From: Neovahlkampfia damariscottae
Taxonomy: Eukaryota
Assembly: GCA_016618085.1 (NCBI GenBank)
Contig: JABLTG010000014.1
Span: 62,001-126,000, forward strand
DNA length: 64,000 nt
Direction of reading: 5' to 3'
This document shows, piece by piece, positions 48,768 to 60,552 of the stretch. The notes under the pieces are model-generated. The model had not been told where the DNA came from, made no database searches, and was given only the letters and a program-made list of their open reading frames with translations. Both the position numbers and the translations under genes were made by a program. Positions within the stretch are counted from its first letter, which is position 1. Each line of letters begins with the position of its first letter.

Positions 48768-51700
48768 TTATAAGTATTCAAATTCAAATATTGCTTGTTC
48801 CAAAGAATTGGATTCTGATTTTTTTCTTATTGCACCAAATGATGATTCAATTTCTTTTGCAATTGATTCAATAAAATTTTGAATTTCTTCATTGAAGTAT
48901 TCATCTATCTCTGTTAATTTTGTATTTCTTTGTATTTCAATTTCATTCAACTTTCCAGATTCAATTTTATATAATTCTAAAATTTGATAATTTTTTTCTT
49001 TTTCAATTTGAAGATCTTTTTGAATATTTGAAATCTCTTCATTGTTAATTTCTATTTCTGCTACATCATAAATATCTTTATGACCATTCAAACGAATTGT
49101 AATTTGTTGATACTTTTCCTTTTCAGGTACTGAATAATTTGTGAATAGTGACAAAAGTACAGTTGTTCCTCCCGTGACAGATTGTTGATGATTTGAGTAA
49201 TATTTTGCACGAATTTTATAAATTCCAGGAGATGCAACCTTTATTTGATATGTTTCTGGTCCGTATCCTCTTGTAAAATCTACACTATTCAACCCACCAT
49301 TCCTTGAATTCTTATTTCCATAAAAGACTTGTTCACCACTTGGTTCAATAGTATGAAGATCAATATCAACCATATCTGTGTCCCAAGCCATTACAATTCT
49401 CAATTCTAAAGGAGAGTATTGAATTAAAGATTTAGGAATATTCAAATTGAAATCACCATGAAAGTGAATTAATCTATTCATTTCTTGCAATACAGTTATT
49501 TCTATTTCTTCAAATCTTGAATCCCAATTTCCAATGATCACTTTATAAAATAATTGAAGAGCATCTTTATATTTTCCATTTTTCTCTAGAACCAGTGCTA
49601 AATCACGATAACTTTGTGGTTCTTCAGGTTTAAGTGAAAGTACTTTTCTGAACATTTGAATTGATAAATCATATTCACCAATCTCTTCTAATTTATAAGC
49701 AATTATTCTCAATAATTGTGCATTGTCAAATTCTAGTTCTGTGAGATTTGACAAAACTTTTAAACTTTCTTTTTTAAAATCCTGTTTGAAGAGATAATCA
49801 CAAACATCCAAATAAAATGCTGGACTGTACTTTTCTTCTTCTCTTAACAAGAAATAGTTTTTGTAGATATCTTCTTTATTTGAATCTTTCAAGATTTTTA
49901 GGTATTCAACATCTGGATTCCATTTTTTAACAGAAACTGATGATTCATTTGATTCTTGAATTACCATTGGAGCTTTTCCTCCTGTGGATCTTCTTGCTGT
50001 CTGTCTCGTCCTTGTACCACCACCTCTACCTCCACTTCTTCCTCCTCCTCTACCTCCTCTTCCTCCACCCCTTAGAGATCCACCTACACCAAGACCTTTT
50101 CCGCTTATACTTCCCACTGGCGCCAGATTGAGACTAACTGGTATATTTGTTTCTTGATTTTTCATTTTTTTTTTCTTCTTGCTTTTTTTATCATTTTTTG
50201 ATTTTTCTTTTCTGTCATTTGTTGAATTTTCATCATCAGAGCTTGAACTTGAAGAATCAAATTCCATATTATCCTCCATTTTTGATAAAAATGTATCAAA
50301 TACATTTTTAAATGAATCATCTGGCTTGATTTTATTAGAATATTTTTCTTTGTAAGTTTTTTTCTTTTTGTTTTGTAATTTGAATTCTTTTCTGACATTT
50401 TGATTCTTCTCAATTTTAATTCTTTCATTTTCACACAATTCTTTCAATTTTTCATATTCCATTTGAATTCTTTTCTTTTCTTTTTCTATATTCATTTCAA
50501 CAATAGCTTTTTTCTTTTCTATTTTTGATTCTGCTGACTTTTGAATTTCGACCAATTTTGTTGGGATTTCTTCAACTCTTTGGGATGTCAACTTTGTACT
50601 AACTTTCATTTGTTCAATTTCGTCAATCATTTTTTCGACAATCTCAGAAGAATAATCTCTACGGTACCATTTTAAGTATTGTTCCCAGAGATATTCAACC
50701 TTTTTCAATTTTTCTTCCACTTTTTTCAATTGATTTTTTTCTTCTTCTGCAATGTGATCTTGATAAGCTTCATACAAAAATGTTCTTGATTTTGCTGGAA
50801 TGATTTTATGTTTTAAATGTTGTTCCAATGTTTCTAATACCATTAATGTGGTATCACTCGTTACAATAGAGAATTGTCTTCCAATAGATAGAATTTGATC
50901 TTTATGCTGAGCCGAAAAATCATTTAATTCATTTAAACATTGCTTAGCCCATTGAATACCAACAATTTTAGATTTTTTTGCATCTTTTTTTGCTAATTTG
51001 ATTGTTCTTTTTTCTAAGATTTCATTCCCAATACCAAAATTTAGAATTATTTGGGATTCTTTTGCAAGAAGGATTCCATTCATATGAAATGTTTCATTTT
51101 CTACAACACACTTTTTTGAAGGGTAAACTTCTGTCATGTCATTTTCATCATATTCAGCAAATAAGAAACTAAAAGGTGAATAACCAATGGTTGAAGTAAT
51201 ATCTTGTAAATTTGAATTTGAGTCTATGCTAAAGTATCTTCCACCTGACACATCCGAAATATTTCTTAAAGTTGCTGAATTATAATTTGGTGAAGAATTG
51301 AATGAATAAATTGGTGGCACACCCTTAAATGAAGCAATGAACGAAGTATTCTCAGGAGAAAGAGTATCTATTCCATCTGTAAATAACAAAGAATATAGAT
51401 ATTTTGATAAATCTAATTTTGATAGTTGAATTAAATTGGTTCCACCATCATAATATGCTCCTGAAATAACTTTGATAATATCATCAAAATTATTGAACGA
51501 CCCTTTGAATTCAATATCATTACTAAACAAATATAAATCAATTTTATATATCTTTTGTAATTGCTTTAACAAATTAAATTCTAATTTTTGAAATGTTTCT
51601 CTTTGTTTTTCGCGACTGAAAGAAACATCCCACAAAACTGAAATAACACTTTCTTGAGATTTTGATTTCTTAGATGTATTAGACTTGATATTTTGTTTGA

Positions 51701-52421
51701 TATCAAAATAATATTGATCTTGAATTTCATTTTCTTCAACTATTATTGATTCTTGAATTGTAGACGGAATTTGAATCTTTAGGTTTTGAAGTTTCATTAA
51801 ATCATTCCTTGAAAGGTTTAATACGTATTTTTTCTTTTGTTTTGTAAAATTATAGTTTTGTTTGCTAAAAAGGAATGGTTCAATTTTTTCATTTTTCAAT
51901 AAAATTGAAAGGTCAACAGAGGACAACATTTCTTGCTTTGAAACTTCAAGTGGTATGCTCATGAATAGACCTTCTGAATTACGATCCAAATCAGCAATGA
52001 AATCAATTCTAACTTTTTTTGTGGTGTTTGGATCCCAAGGATAAATTTTAGTCCTGTATTGATTTCCAACAACTGATTCTACCAAAGCAGTTGGTTTTTT
52101 TTCTCTAACTTCAGCATCAAATGTTTTTTCAGCTTTTGTAGATTCCACAATACTTGCATCAATCATTTGTTCATCAATTTCGATAGCAAATCCACAAATG
52201 GTTGAACTTTCTGGTAATGGAAAAATAAATTCTCCTTCTAATTTTTTGTTTGAATAATTTTTAAATGTCAATGTTGTTGACTGGTGATACACTTGGTTAG
52301 TTGAAATAACCTCAATTTCAGCTGAATAAGTTTGTAAAACTAATGGGGTGGACACTTTGTCGCTGTACTTAATTCCTTTGATTTCTGAGTTTACTGTTAC
52401 ATGTGGGAATTCTGTTGTCAT
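48768..52421 (-). CDS. VIT + vWA + TPR + DUF2135-like protein carrying a histone-tail-like insert
   Basis: LEGEFIFPLPESSTICGFAI (VIT); WDVSFS and LLFTDG (vWA MIDAS); PEEPQSYRDLA; WDTDMVDIDLHTIEPSGE and DFTRGYGPETY. Confidence 0.85.
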   Translation of the reverse strand: MTTEFPHVTVNSEIKGIKYSDKVSTPLVLQTYSAEIEVISTNQVYHQSTTLTFKNYSNKKLEGEFIFPLPESSTICGFAIEIDEQMIDASIVESTKAEKTFDAEVREKKPTALVESVVGNQYRTKIYPWDPNTTKKVRIDFIADLDRNSEGLFMSIPLEVSKQEMLSSVDLSILLKNEKIEPFLFSKQNYNFTKQKKKYVLNLSRNDLMKLQNLKIQIPSTIQESIIVEENEIQDQYYFDIKQNIKSNTSKKSKSQESVISVLWDVSFSREKQRETFQKLEFNLLKQLQKIYKIDLYLFSNDIEFKGSFNNFDDIIKVISGAYYDGGTNLIQLSKLDLSKYLYSLLFTDGIDTLSPENTSFIASFKGVPPIYSFNSSPNYNSATLRNISDVSGGRYFSIDSNSNLQDITSTIGYSPFSFLFAEYDENDMTEVYPSKKCVVENETFHMNGILLAKESQIILNFGIGNEILEKRTIKLAKKDAKKSKIVGIQWAKQCLNELNDFSAQHKDQILSIGRQFSIVTSDTTLMVLETLEQHLKHKIIPAKSRTFLYEAYQDHIAEEEKNQLKKVEEKLKKVEYLWEQYLKWYRRDYSSEIVEKMIDEIEQMKVSTKLTSQRVEEIPTKLVEIQKSAESKIEKKKAIVEMNIEKEKKRIQMEYEKLKELCENERIKIEKNQNVRKEFKLQNKKKKTYKEKYSNKIKPDDSFKNVFDTFLSKMEDNMEFDSSSSSSDDENSTNDRKEKSKNDKKSKKKKKMKNQETNIPVSLNLAPVGSISGKGLGVGGSLRGGGRGGRGGGRSGGRGGGTRTRQTARRSTGGKAPMVIQESNESSVSVKKWNPDVEYLKILKDSNKEDIYKNYFLLREEEKYSPAFYLDVCDYLFKQDFKKESLKVLSNLTELEFDNAQLLRIIAYKLEEIGEYDLSIQMFRKVLSLKPEEPQSYRDLALVLEKNGKYKDALQLFYKVIIGNWDSRFEEIEITVLQEMNRLIHFHGDFNLNIPKSLIQYSPLELRIVMAWDTDMVDIDLHTIEPSGEQVFYGNKNSRNGGLNSVDFTRGYGPETYQIKVASPGIYKIRAKYYSNHQQSVTGGTTVLLSLFTNYSVPEKEKYQQITIRLNGHKDIYDVAEIEINNEEISNIQKDLQIEKEKNYQILELYKIESGKLNEIEIQRNTKLTEIDEYFNEEIQNFIESIAKEIESSFGAIRKKSESNSLEQAIFEFEYL

Positions 52422-52604
52422 TTTGTTCGTGAGGATCAAGATAAAAATGCACAGGCAGGATTAGCCAATTAAATAATTCTGAAATACCAATCAGATTTTA
52501 AGAAGGATTTGATGATTATTTTGAATGTTGAACAACTTTGATTGAACAATTCAGTGAATCCAAAAATACTTCTCGGAATAATTTTCCACCAATCATCAGT
52601 ACGT

Positions 52605-53259
52605 ATGGTATTCAGTGAAGAAGAAGTAGACAAAGTCATCCAAGACGCTCATAAAAGATTTAAAGAACTCTTTGAGAGTGATGATTTTAAACACCACGAA
52701 ACGAAACAAGGAATATCAGTCCATGTGAAAAAACAAGGATCTGAACCATACATTGTGAAAGGTGTCGGAGTTATTGATCACTCATTTCAAGATATTTTAG
52801 ATTTAATAAATCCAAAAAATAGTTATGAAGTTGCTGCTACATATATTCCAAAAATTTCAGAGAGAAACCATCTCAAAAGGTAAACATTTTTTTTTTTAAC
52901 CAAAAAGTTTTTCAGAACATAAACATGTTTTCAGAGAAGTATACTCTGCTGGAGTTTTTATGGTTGCAGACAGAGAATTTATTAAAGCATGTGACGTTAT
53001 TAAAGGTGAAGAAGGAGAATATTTCTGGGTTAATGCTCCGATTGAAGGTCATCCGGAAACAAGTGGTGTTGTCAGAGGAGAAACACCAATTTTGACTTGG
53101 CACTTTAAAGAAAGCGATAAAAACAAAACAACTGTCACAATGATTATTCAAACTAACTTTGCAGGTTATATTCCACAATATGTCATTGATCAAGCATTAT
53201 TAGGATCACCCTATACATTTAATGTCATTTCTGATCTTTTAAAAAAGAATAAAAAATAA
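52605..53259 (+). CDS. START-domain lipid-binding protein, copy 1 (1 intron)
   Basis: VADREFI, GVVRG, TNFAGYIPQYVID. Confidence 0.85.
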
Positions 53260-53329
53260 TTTTATTGAGTAAATTTGTGAATAAAATCAAGAATTATTTT
53301 GATTGGAAGGAAAATTAAATTGTTGTTTT

Positions 53330-53957
53330 ATGGAAGAAAGCAAATTTGATGAGCTTTTAAAAAAAGCTTTTGACCGATATATGGAATTAGAAAAAGATAC
53401 CTTTGTCACCCACAGCAAGAAACAAGGAATAGAAGTGTCTGTGAAAAAAAGTTCCGAAGAATCGGACATTATCAAAGGTGTTGGTTATACAAAAATGACA
53501 CCAGAAGAGATTTATTCTAAACTAAGTCCTTTAAATTCCGTGAAAGATATTAAATATTTCAATCCAAAACTTGCAGAAAGAGAAATAATAAAAGAGTAAA
53601 AAAAAAATTTTTGTTCCTTAATTAAATAGTTATGGAGATTCAAAAATAGTATTTAAAGAAAGATATAGTGCAGGTGTTATGTTCGTTTCAGATAGAGATT
53701 TCGTCAAAGCTTCACAATTCACCAAAAAGAATGATAAAGAATATTTTTGGATCAATGCTCCTGTTGAAGATTATGAAGTAACAAATGGTTGTGTGAGAGC
53801 GTTAAACAAAATTGCAGGTTGGCACTTTATCGTTGAAGATGATCAAACAAAGGTAATCATGATATTTCAAACTGTTTTTAATGGTTATTTACCTCAATAC
53901 TTGATTGATCAATCATTACTAGAAGCTCCTTTATGTTTAAGGTTAATGGAAAAATAA
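53330..53957 (+). CDS. START-domain lipid-binding protein, copy 2 (tandem paralog, 1 intron)
   Basis: VSDRDFV, GCVRA, FNGYLPQYLID; same intron position as copy 1. Confidence 0.85.
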
Positions 53958-54033
53958 AAGTGCACTTGGGATCCCAGACCCTTTCATTTTATTTTGATTT
54001 TTCATCTCGTTTTTCATTGGTCAAAATCTCAAC

Positions 54034-55212
54034 ATGTCAACGACAGACGTAAAAAAGAAAAAGAAAAAGAAACCTGTTGATTCAAAGAAATATACATTTG
54101 ATAACAATTCAAGTAGTGGTGCCAGAAATTTCATGGTCATTGATTCTCCTGTGACTCCACAAAAAGTTGAAAAAAAAAATAACTTCAAAAAGGCAGTACT
54201 TGGAGAAAAAAAAGATTCAAGTGACGAAGAATATGAAGAAAAAAATAACTTGAACGAACCAATAGAATCAGAATCAGATTCAGAGGAAGAACAAGAGATT
54301 GAAGAAAAGAAAAAAAGAAAACATGAAAGAAAGAAGTCATTGTTTTCAGAAATGAATGATGAAATATTTGGTGACTTTAGTTTAGATTCCAACCCAAACC
54401 AAAAACCAAAACCAAAACTAAACAAACCAAAAAGAGCGCCAATTCAAATTAATGTACCAAAAGAGTTAGATGGAGAAAATGAAATCCAAAGACATAATTC
54501 AGGAACAATTGAAAAGGAAAAATCAACTTTAGAGAAATTACAAAACGAACAAAATTTATCACGACCTTCTTCTCTCCCAGCAAATAACCTCTTGGAAAAG
54601 AAAAAGAAGAAAAAGGATGAAGATTATAATATTGAAGAAGATTTGGCTGGTTCAACATTTTTTATGTTATCTGGAAAACAAAAAGATGTTGTTGACAAAA
54701 AAGTCAATTTTGGTCTAATAGGAAAAAGGTTGGATGAAAAAACGGATAAAATAACATTGAGAAAGAAAATTAAAAAAAAAGAAGGTTATCTATTCAAAAA
54801 ATCATCTGATGGTGAAAGAGCTCATAAAAGATATGTTGTTGCTGAAAAAGATAAAAAAAAAGATAGGATATTATTTTCAATTTATAAAACTGAAATGGAT
54901 TACAAAAAAGAAGAAGCACCAATTCAAGAATGTTATATTCATGAGGAATTATCAAAAGATAATATTGATTTTAAAACATTGAAAAGATCAGTTACTGTGG
55001 ACAAAAAGACTCAATTCTTCAATTGCTTTCATGTTGTTCCAGATAGAGATGACAAAAAAAAGTTTACATTATGGACAGAAAATGAAAAAACGGTTAATGA
55101 ATGGATGTATGCAATTCATAGTATGTTACTTTTTGATGATTCTAATGAAGAATCAATGAGTAAACCAAAATCAAAAAAAAAGAATTTCATTGCTGAAATT
55201 TTTGATTTGTAA
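54034..55212 (+). CDS. PH-domain protein
   Basis: KKEGYLFKK...KRYVV...NCFHVV...FTLWTENEKTVNEWMYAI. Confidence 0.8.
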   Translation: MSTTDVKKKKKKKPVDSKKYTFDNNSSSGARNFMVIDSPVTPQKVEKKNNFKKAVLGEKKDSSDEEYEEKNNLNEPIESESDSEEEQEIEEKKKRKHERKKSLFSEMNDEIFGDFSLDSNPNQKPKPKLNKPKRAPIQINVPKELDGENEIQRHNSGTIEKEKSTLEKLQNEQNLSRPSSLPANNLLEKKKKKKDEDYNIEEDLAGSTFFMLSGKQKDVVDKKVNFGLIGKRLDEKTDKITLRKKIKKKEGYLFKKSSDGERAHKRYVVAEKDKKKDRILFSIYKTEMDYKKEEAPIQECYIHEELSKDNIDFKTLKRSVTVDKKTQFFNCFHVVPDRDDKKKFTLWTENEKTVNEWMYAIHSMLLFDDSNEESMSKPKSKKKNFIAEIFDL

Positions 55213-55319
55213 AACAAAAAATATTGAATTTAATAAAAATCTATGTTTAAATTTTTTAAATTTTTAAGCATCATTTATTTGATAAAATTACCTCAAATTA
55301 GAATCTAATTCGTCCAATC

Positions 55320-55966
55320 ATGTCAGTTTTAAGTAGAGACTCAATTTTAGAGGCAATTGAAAAAAAGTTTGAAAAACAATTTATTAATAAATAGAGAAAT
55401 CATCATTGATAACTTTGACGAAAAATTTTTAGGACCTGCTTCGTAAAATAAGAAAAGAAATTAATTTTTTTTTTTAGTTATGATTTGACACTTTCAAATG
55501 AATTCAGACATTTTAAACCTGGAATGGGCGTTATTGATATCAATGATAAATCAGATTATAAAGAGGTCACAGAAAAAATCCTTGTAAAAGAAGGAAAATC
55601 ATACATTATTTCACCACAACAATGCTGTTTAGCAATTACAGAAGAAAAAGTTTCACTTTCACCTTCAATCTGTGGTTTATTGGAAGGAAGATCCAGATTT
55701 GCGAGACATGGATTATTCGTTCACAGTAAGAAACAAAAATTGATTTTTACCTCAATCACCAGTTACTGCAGGTTTTATGCAACCTGGAATCTCCAATAGG
55801 CAAGTATTGGAAATCTATAATGCCTCAAATGTTTGAATTTCAAAGATTAATTTTTTTCCAGAATCCATTGGCATTATATCCTGGTACAAAGATTTGTCAA
55901 TTTATTTTCATGAGATTAGAAGGAGAAGCCAAATATCATGGTCAATTTGAAAATCAAACTTTATAA
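55320..55966 (+). CDS. dcd: dCTP deaminase (4 introns)
   Basis: Spliced product: MSVLSRDSILEAI, GPAS|YDLTL, EGRSRFARHGLFVH|ITAGFMQPG, LEIYN, LYPGTKICQFIF, KYHGQFENQ. Confidence 0.9.
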
Positions 55967-56030
55967 ATAAATTTTTCTTCAAGTTCAAAGAAAACATTTA
56001 AAGTGATGATTGGTTGTTAAAATTCCACCA

Positions 56031-57164
56031 ATGGAAATACTCACTTTTTTGCCAACGAATAGTTTGATAAACTCTGAAGAAATTGAAGAAGAATTTGACT
56101 TTGACTCAAATTACATTGAAGTGATGGCTTCAAAAGCAAATGAACTTCAAGACTTCTTGGCAAATGTTGCTGCTACTCAAGCAAACGACATACAAGAGTA
56201 TTATATTCCAATTATTTTGACGAAAGGAAACGAATTCAAAGAACGAATTATCACCATTGCTGCAACTCAAGCAAATGACTTGCAAGAAAAATATATACCA
56301 AATATTATTACAAAAGGAAACGAAATCAAAGAACAAATAATAACTCAAGCTAATCAATTAGCTCATCCTGAAGAACTCATACAAGCTGGAATAAATCATG
56401 TCTTACATGTTTTACCACATTTAACAGTTTTATTATCAGTTGCATTTGTATTACTCTTATCATCTCCAATTTGGATAGTTTTATGGATTTTAAATTTAAT
56501 TATACCTTTGAAATATATTTTAATATTTACAGGAGAAGTTAGTTTCGTACAATTGAGTTCATGGTGGGCAATACCAACTTTGTTTGATGCAATATTTATT
56601 TTATTTTTAGAAAAACCATTAACTTGTTGGGGTTTTTTCAAAGGAAATAAAGGATATTTATTAGAAAAAGCATCCCAAAGAATGCGTAAACATGAATCAA
56701 TTGTTGATTTTGCTATTGAAAATAATCCATGGGAATTAAAATATGCATCAAATAAATTAAGAAAAAATTCAAAAATTGTTTTAAGAGCAGTTGAAAAAAA
56801 TGGTTTGACACTTCAATTTGCATCAAAAGAATTAAGATCCGATCTTGATGTTGTTTTTGAAGCAATAAAATCAAAAGGATTGGCTTTGAAATTTTCATCA
56901 CCAAATTTAACTGATCATCATCGTTTGGTTTTGAATGCTGTCAAACAAAATGGTTTAGCTATCAAATATGCATCAAAAAATTGTAAAGATAATTATTTAA
57001 TAGCAACTTCAGCTGTCAAAAAAAATTCAAAAAGTTATCGTTTTGTTTCAAGTCGTTTAAAAGAATCTACTGTAATATTAATGTTAAAAGATAAAATCTC
57101 ACCTGAAATTATTCTTGAAAATGGTATTAAAAAATTGAATAATGTCTCATTTTCATTTCAATAA
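56031..57164 (+). CDS. DUF4116-repeat membrane protein
   Basis: Repeats such as IVLRAVEKNGLTLQFASKELRSD; central TM helices. Confidence 0.8.
   Translation: MEILTFLPTNSLINSEEIEEEFDFDSNYIEVMASKANELQDFLANVAATQANDIQEYYIPIILTKGNEFKERIITIAATQANDLQEKYIPNIITKGNEIKEQIITQANQLAHPEELIQAGINHVLHVLPHLTVLLSVAFVLLLSSPIWIVLWILNLIIPLKYILIFTGEVSFVQLSSWWAIPTLFDAIFILFLEKPLTCWGFFKGNKGYLLEKASQRMRKHESIVDFAIENNPWELKYASNKLRKNSKIVLRAVEKNGLTLQFASKELRSDLDVVFEAIKSKGLALKFSSPNLTDHHRLVLNAVKQNGLAIKYASKNCKDNYLIATSAVKKNSKSYRFVSSRLKESTVILMLKDKISPEIILENGIKKLNNVSFSFQ
56170..56346 (+). repeat. Intragenic 90-bp tandem duplication (2 copies)
   Basis: AATQANDIQEYYIPIILTKGNEFKERIITI / AATQANDLQEKYIPNIITKGNEIKEQIIT. Confidence 0.8.
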
Positions 57165-57358
57165 TTCATTGTAAATAAAATTTATTTTTATCATTTTAAA
57201 TTGATCAGTTTGATGAAATGAATTTGAGCACAACTTAATAAAAGGAGATTAATTTTTGATGGAGATTCTTTGGAGGTTCTAATCATCTTGATTGGTCTTC
57301 GAACTACCAATAAAAACCGAATTTTCTTTCCAAATTCTGAACAAAAAAATCCAAACAA

Positions 57359-58905
57359 ATGAGACAACTTATTTATTTGATCGCATTGGTACTTTTTGCT
57401 TCTGCTCTTGGGGGTGAAATTACATATCTCCTTAAAACAGAACTAGGACTTCGCAATGGAAAATCTGACATTTTAATTCAATTAAACAAACAAGTAGATT
57501 TTGATAAACTCACTGGTAATAAAAACAAAAAAATAAATATAAAAAAGACGCAAAAGGAGTTCATGTTGATGACATGGAAGATCATGATGCTAGAGGTTTC
57601 CTTGTTATGAATACAGTAGTTAAAAAAAATATTCACATTTAATAAGCTCATGGAACATGCAAAAACACATCAAGCTTCATTAAAATCATTTTTAAAATCC
57701 AAAAATGTTGAATTTACATCATACTGGGTCTCAAATACAATTTGTGTTAAACAAGCAACTGAAGAATTAATCAATGAATTGGCTAAAAGAGAAGATATTA
57801 AACTCATTGAAGCAAATAAAGCTTTTTCACTTGATCTTGGAACACCAAATCAAGAAAACGTCAAATCAGTTGAAGAACCAGAATGGAATGTGAAATGGAT
57901 CAAAGCTGATCAAGTTTGGAAAAAAGGTTATGAAGGAAAAGGAATTGTAGTTGGTGTTAGTGATAGTGGTGTTCAACATGATCATCCAGCTCTTCTCAAA
58001 TCATACAGAGGGTATAAAGATGGAAAAGTAGAACATGATTACAATTGGTATGATGCAACACCAAACAAAGTACCAGTTCCTGAAGATGATAATGGTCATG
58101 GAATTCATTGTACAGGTACTGTAGCAGGAGGAAATGATGGAAAAAAAATTGGAATGGCTCCAAAAGCAAAATGGATTCATTGTAGATCAATGAAAATTAG
58201 AACAAGACAATGGTCACCAGAAAGTTTCATTGGATGTTTACAATTCTTCCTTGCACCAACAGATGTGAAAGGTAACAATCCTAACCCTAAATTAAGACCA
58301 CACACAACATCACATTCATATGGATGCTCTGCTGGACTTGGATGTCCAGATCAAGATGCAATGAGACCTGCAAGTGAAGCTTTAAGATCAGCTGGTGTAT
58401 ACATGTTTGTGTCTGCTGGAAATTCAGGCTCAAGATGTAGTTCAGTTAATACACAACCAGGTTTCTATGAAAAAGTAGTTACAGTTGGAGCAAGTGGAAG
58501 AAATTCAAATACAATTGCTAGTTTCTCATCAAGAGGACCAGTAAGATAATATTTATTTAACATTTCTTTTCAAAGGTAACAGTTGATGGTTCAAACAGAC
58601 TCAAACCTGAAATTACTGCACCAGGTGTACAAGTTGTCTCATGTGGTTTAGGAGGAACTTATAGATCTTTATCTGGAACTTCAATGGCTTCACCTGCTGT
58701 TAATGGTGCTGTTGCTCTTCTTTGGGAAGCTGTACCAAAACTTCAAAGAAGAATGAAAAAAACAATGGCACTTGTTTATAAAACTGCAACACCAATGGAA
58801 TCAACACAATGTGGATCAACACAAAATGTTCCAAATAATGTTTATGGATATGGTATTATTAACATTGAAAAAGCTGTTGAAGAGGGATTAAAATTATACC
58901 AATAA
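57359..58905 (+). CDS. Secreted subtilisin (S8, bacillopeptidase F-like), 3 introns
   Basis: Signal peptide; SDSG, DDNGHGIH, SAGNSG, GTSMASP, PNNVYGYG. Confidence 0.93.
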
Positions 58906-58960
58906 AATTTATCGTTTTATTTCATTGGTTAAATTTCACTTAAGGACAAAAAAAAAACAG

Positions 58961-60513
58961 ATGATTGTTAGAGAATTAATTTACTTTATTTTATTAATTT
59001 TAACTGTTCAATCCTTTTCAGTTATTGATTTATCAGTTCAAAATGAATACAAAAAAAATACAAAAATTAATATTGTTATTCTATTTAAACAAGATTTTAA
59101 TTATTCAAAATTAAAACACACTTTAAATTCAGATGAAAAATCAATGATAATATTTAAAGAGTTGAATAGAATTTCAAAAAAATCACAAAACAAAATCAAA
59201 AAATATTTGTCAAAAAATAAGTTAAAACACAAAACTTTTTTTTCTCCAAATTGTATTTTTGTTGACAAAATTGAAAAGAAACAATTATTAAATATACTAA
59301 GTTTTGAATCAGAAAATGTCAAATTAATTACTTTAAATCAAAAAATAAAACAAAATTTAGGAAAAATTGTAACAAAAAATATAACCAAATCAATAAATCA
59401 ATTAAAACATCAATCAATTCAAAAAGATCAAATTGAATGGAATATAAAAAGAATATTCGCAGATAAAGTTTGGGAAAAAGGAATTAAAGGTAAAGGTATT
59501 ATTGTTGCAAATGCAGGTAAAATTAAAAGTATATAATTTAATTTAGATACTGGTATCAAATGGGATCACCCTGCATTGAAAAATACATACAATGGAAATA
59601 AAAATGGAAAAATCAATCACAATTATAGTTGGTATGATGCATTACATGAACCAATTGATGAACCAGATAATGTTTGTGGATATAATTTAACGATTCCATG
59701 TGATGATTATGATAAGATTTTCAATTATATTAACCTATTTTAAGTCATGGTAGTCATGTTATTGGTAGTATTATTGGAATGACACCTGAAAGAAGAATAT
59801 TTGGTGTTGCACCAGAATCAAAATGGATGGGTTGTAGAAATATGGATCATGGTTTGGGAAGTATTCAAACCTTTTTAGAATGTCTTCAATTTTATTTAGC
59901 ACCTACAGATGTGAAAGGTGAAAATCCAAATCCATTATTAAGACCTCATATTGTGACAAATAGTTATTCTTGTGGTATTGGTGTCTGCAAAGAAGAATTG
60001 TTCAATCCTGTAATTAAAGCATTAGTAGAATCTGGTGTTGCATTAACAGCTGCAGCTGGAAATTCACAATATTGTTCAAATATCAACGGAATTGTTGAAA
60101 GTTCACCTGAAATTATAACAGTTGGTGCTACTAGAAGAAATAGTGAAGAAATTACAAATTTCAGTAGTTTAGGTCCTGTGAAAAGAAATAACATGAGAAA
60201 ACCAGATGTTACAGCTCCAGGAGAAAAAATATTCTCGGCAATTCAGTGTTGTGCAATGTACGCTGAAATGTCTGGGACCTCAATGGCAGCTCCACAAATT
60301 TCAGGTGCAATTGCATTATTATGGTCAGGAATTCCAAAATTGAGAAGAAAAATAAAATTAACATGGAAAATATTAGAAAAAACTGCATTACATCAAGAAT
60401 CTATTTGGTGTAAAAGTGAATCAAAGACACCAAATAATGTATATGGTTATGGTACTGTTAATGTATTAAAAGCATTGGAATATGGACGTCAATTAGTTCA
60501 AAACAATGAATAA
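58961..60513 (+). CDS. Secreted subtilisin (S8), tandem paralog; second intron lacks a canonical GT donor
   Basis: NA|DTG, DDY|xHGSH, AAAGNS, GTSMAAP, PNNVYGYG. Confidence 0.8.
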
Positions 60514-60552
60514 TTATTTTTGTATTCTTTTTTATCAATAAATGATGAAAGA

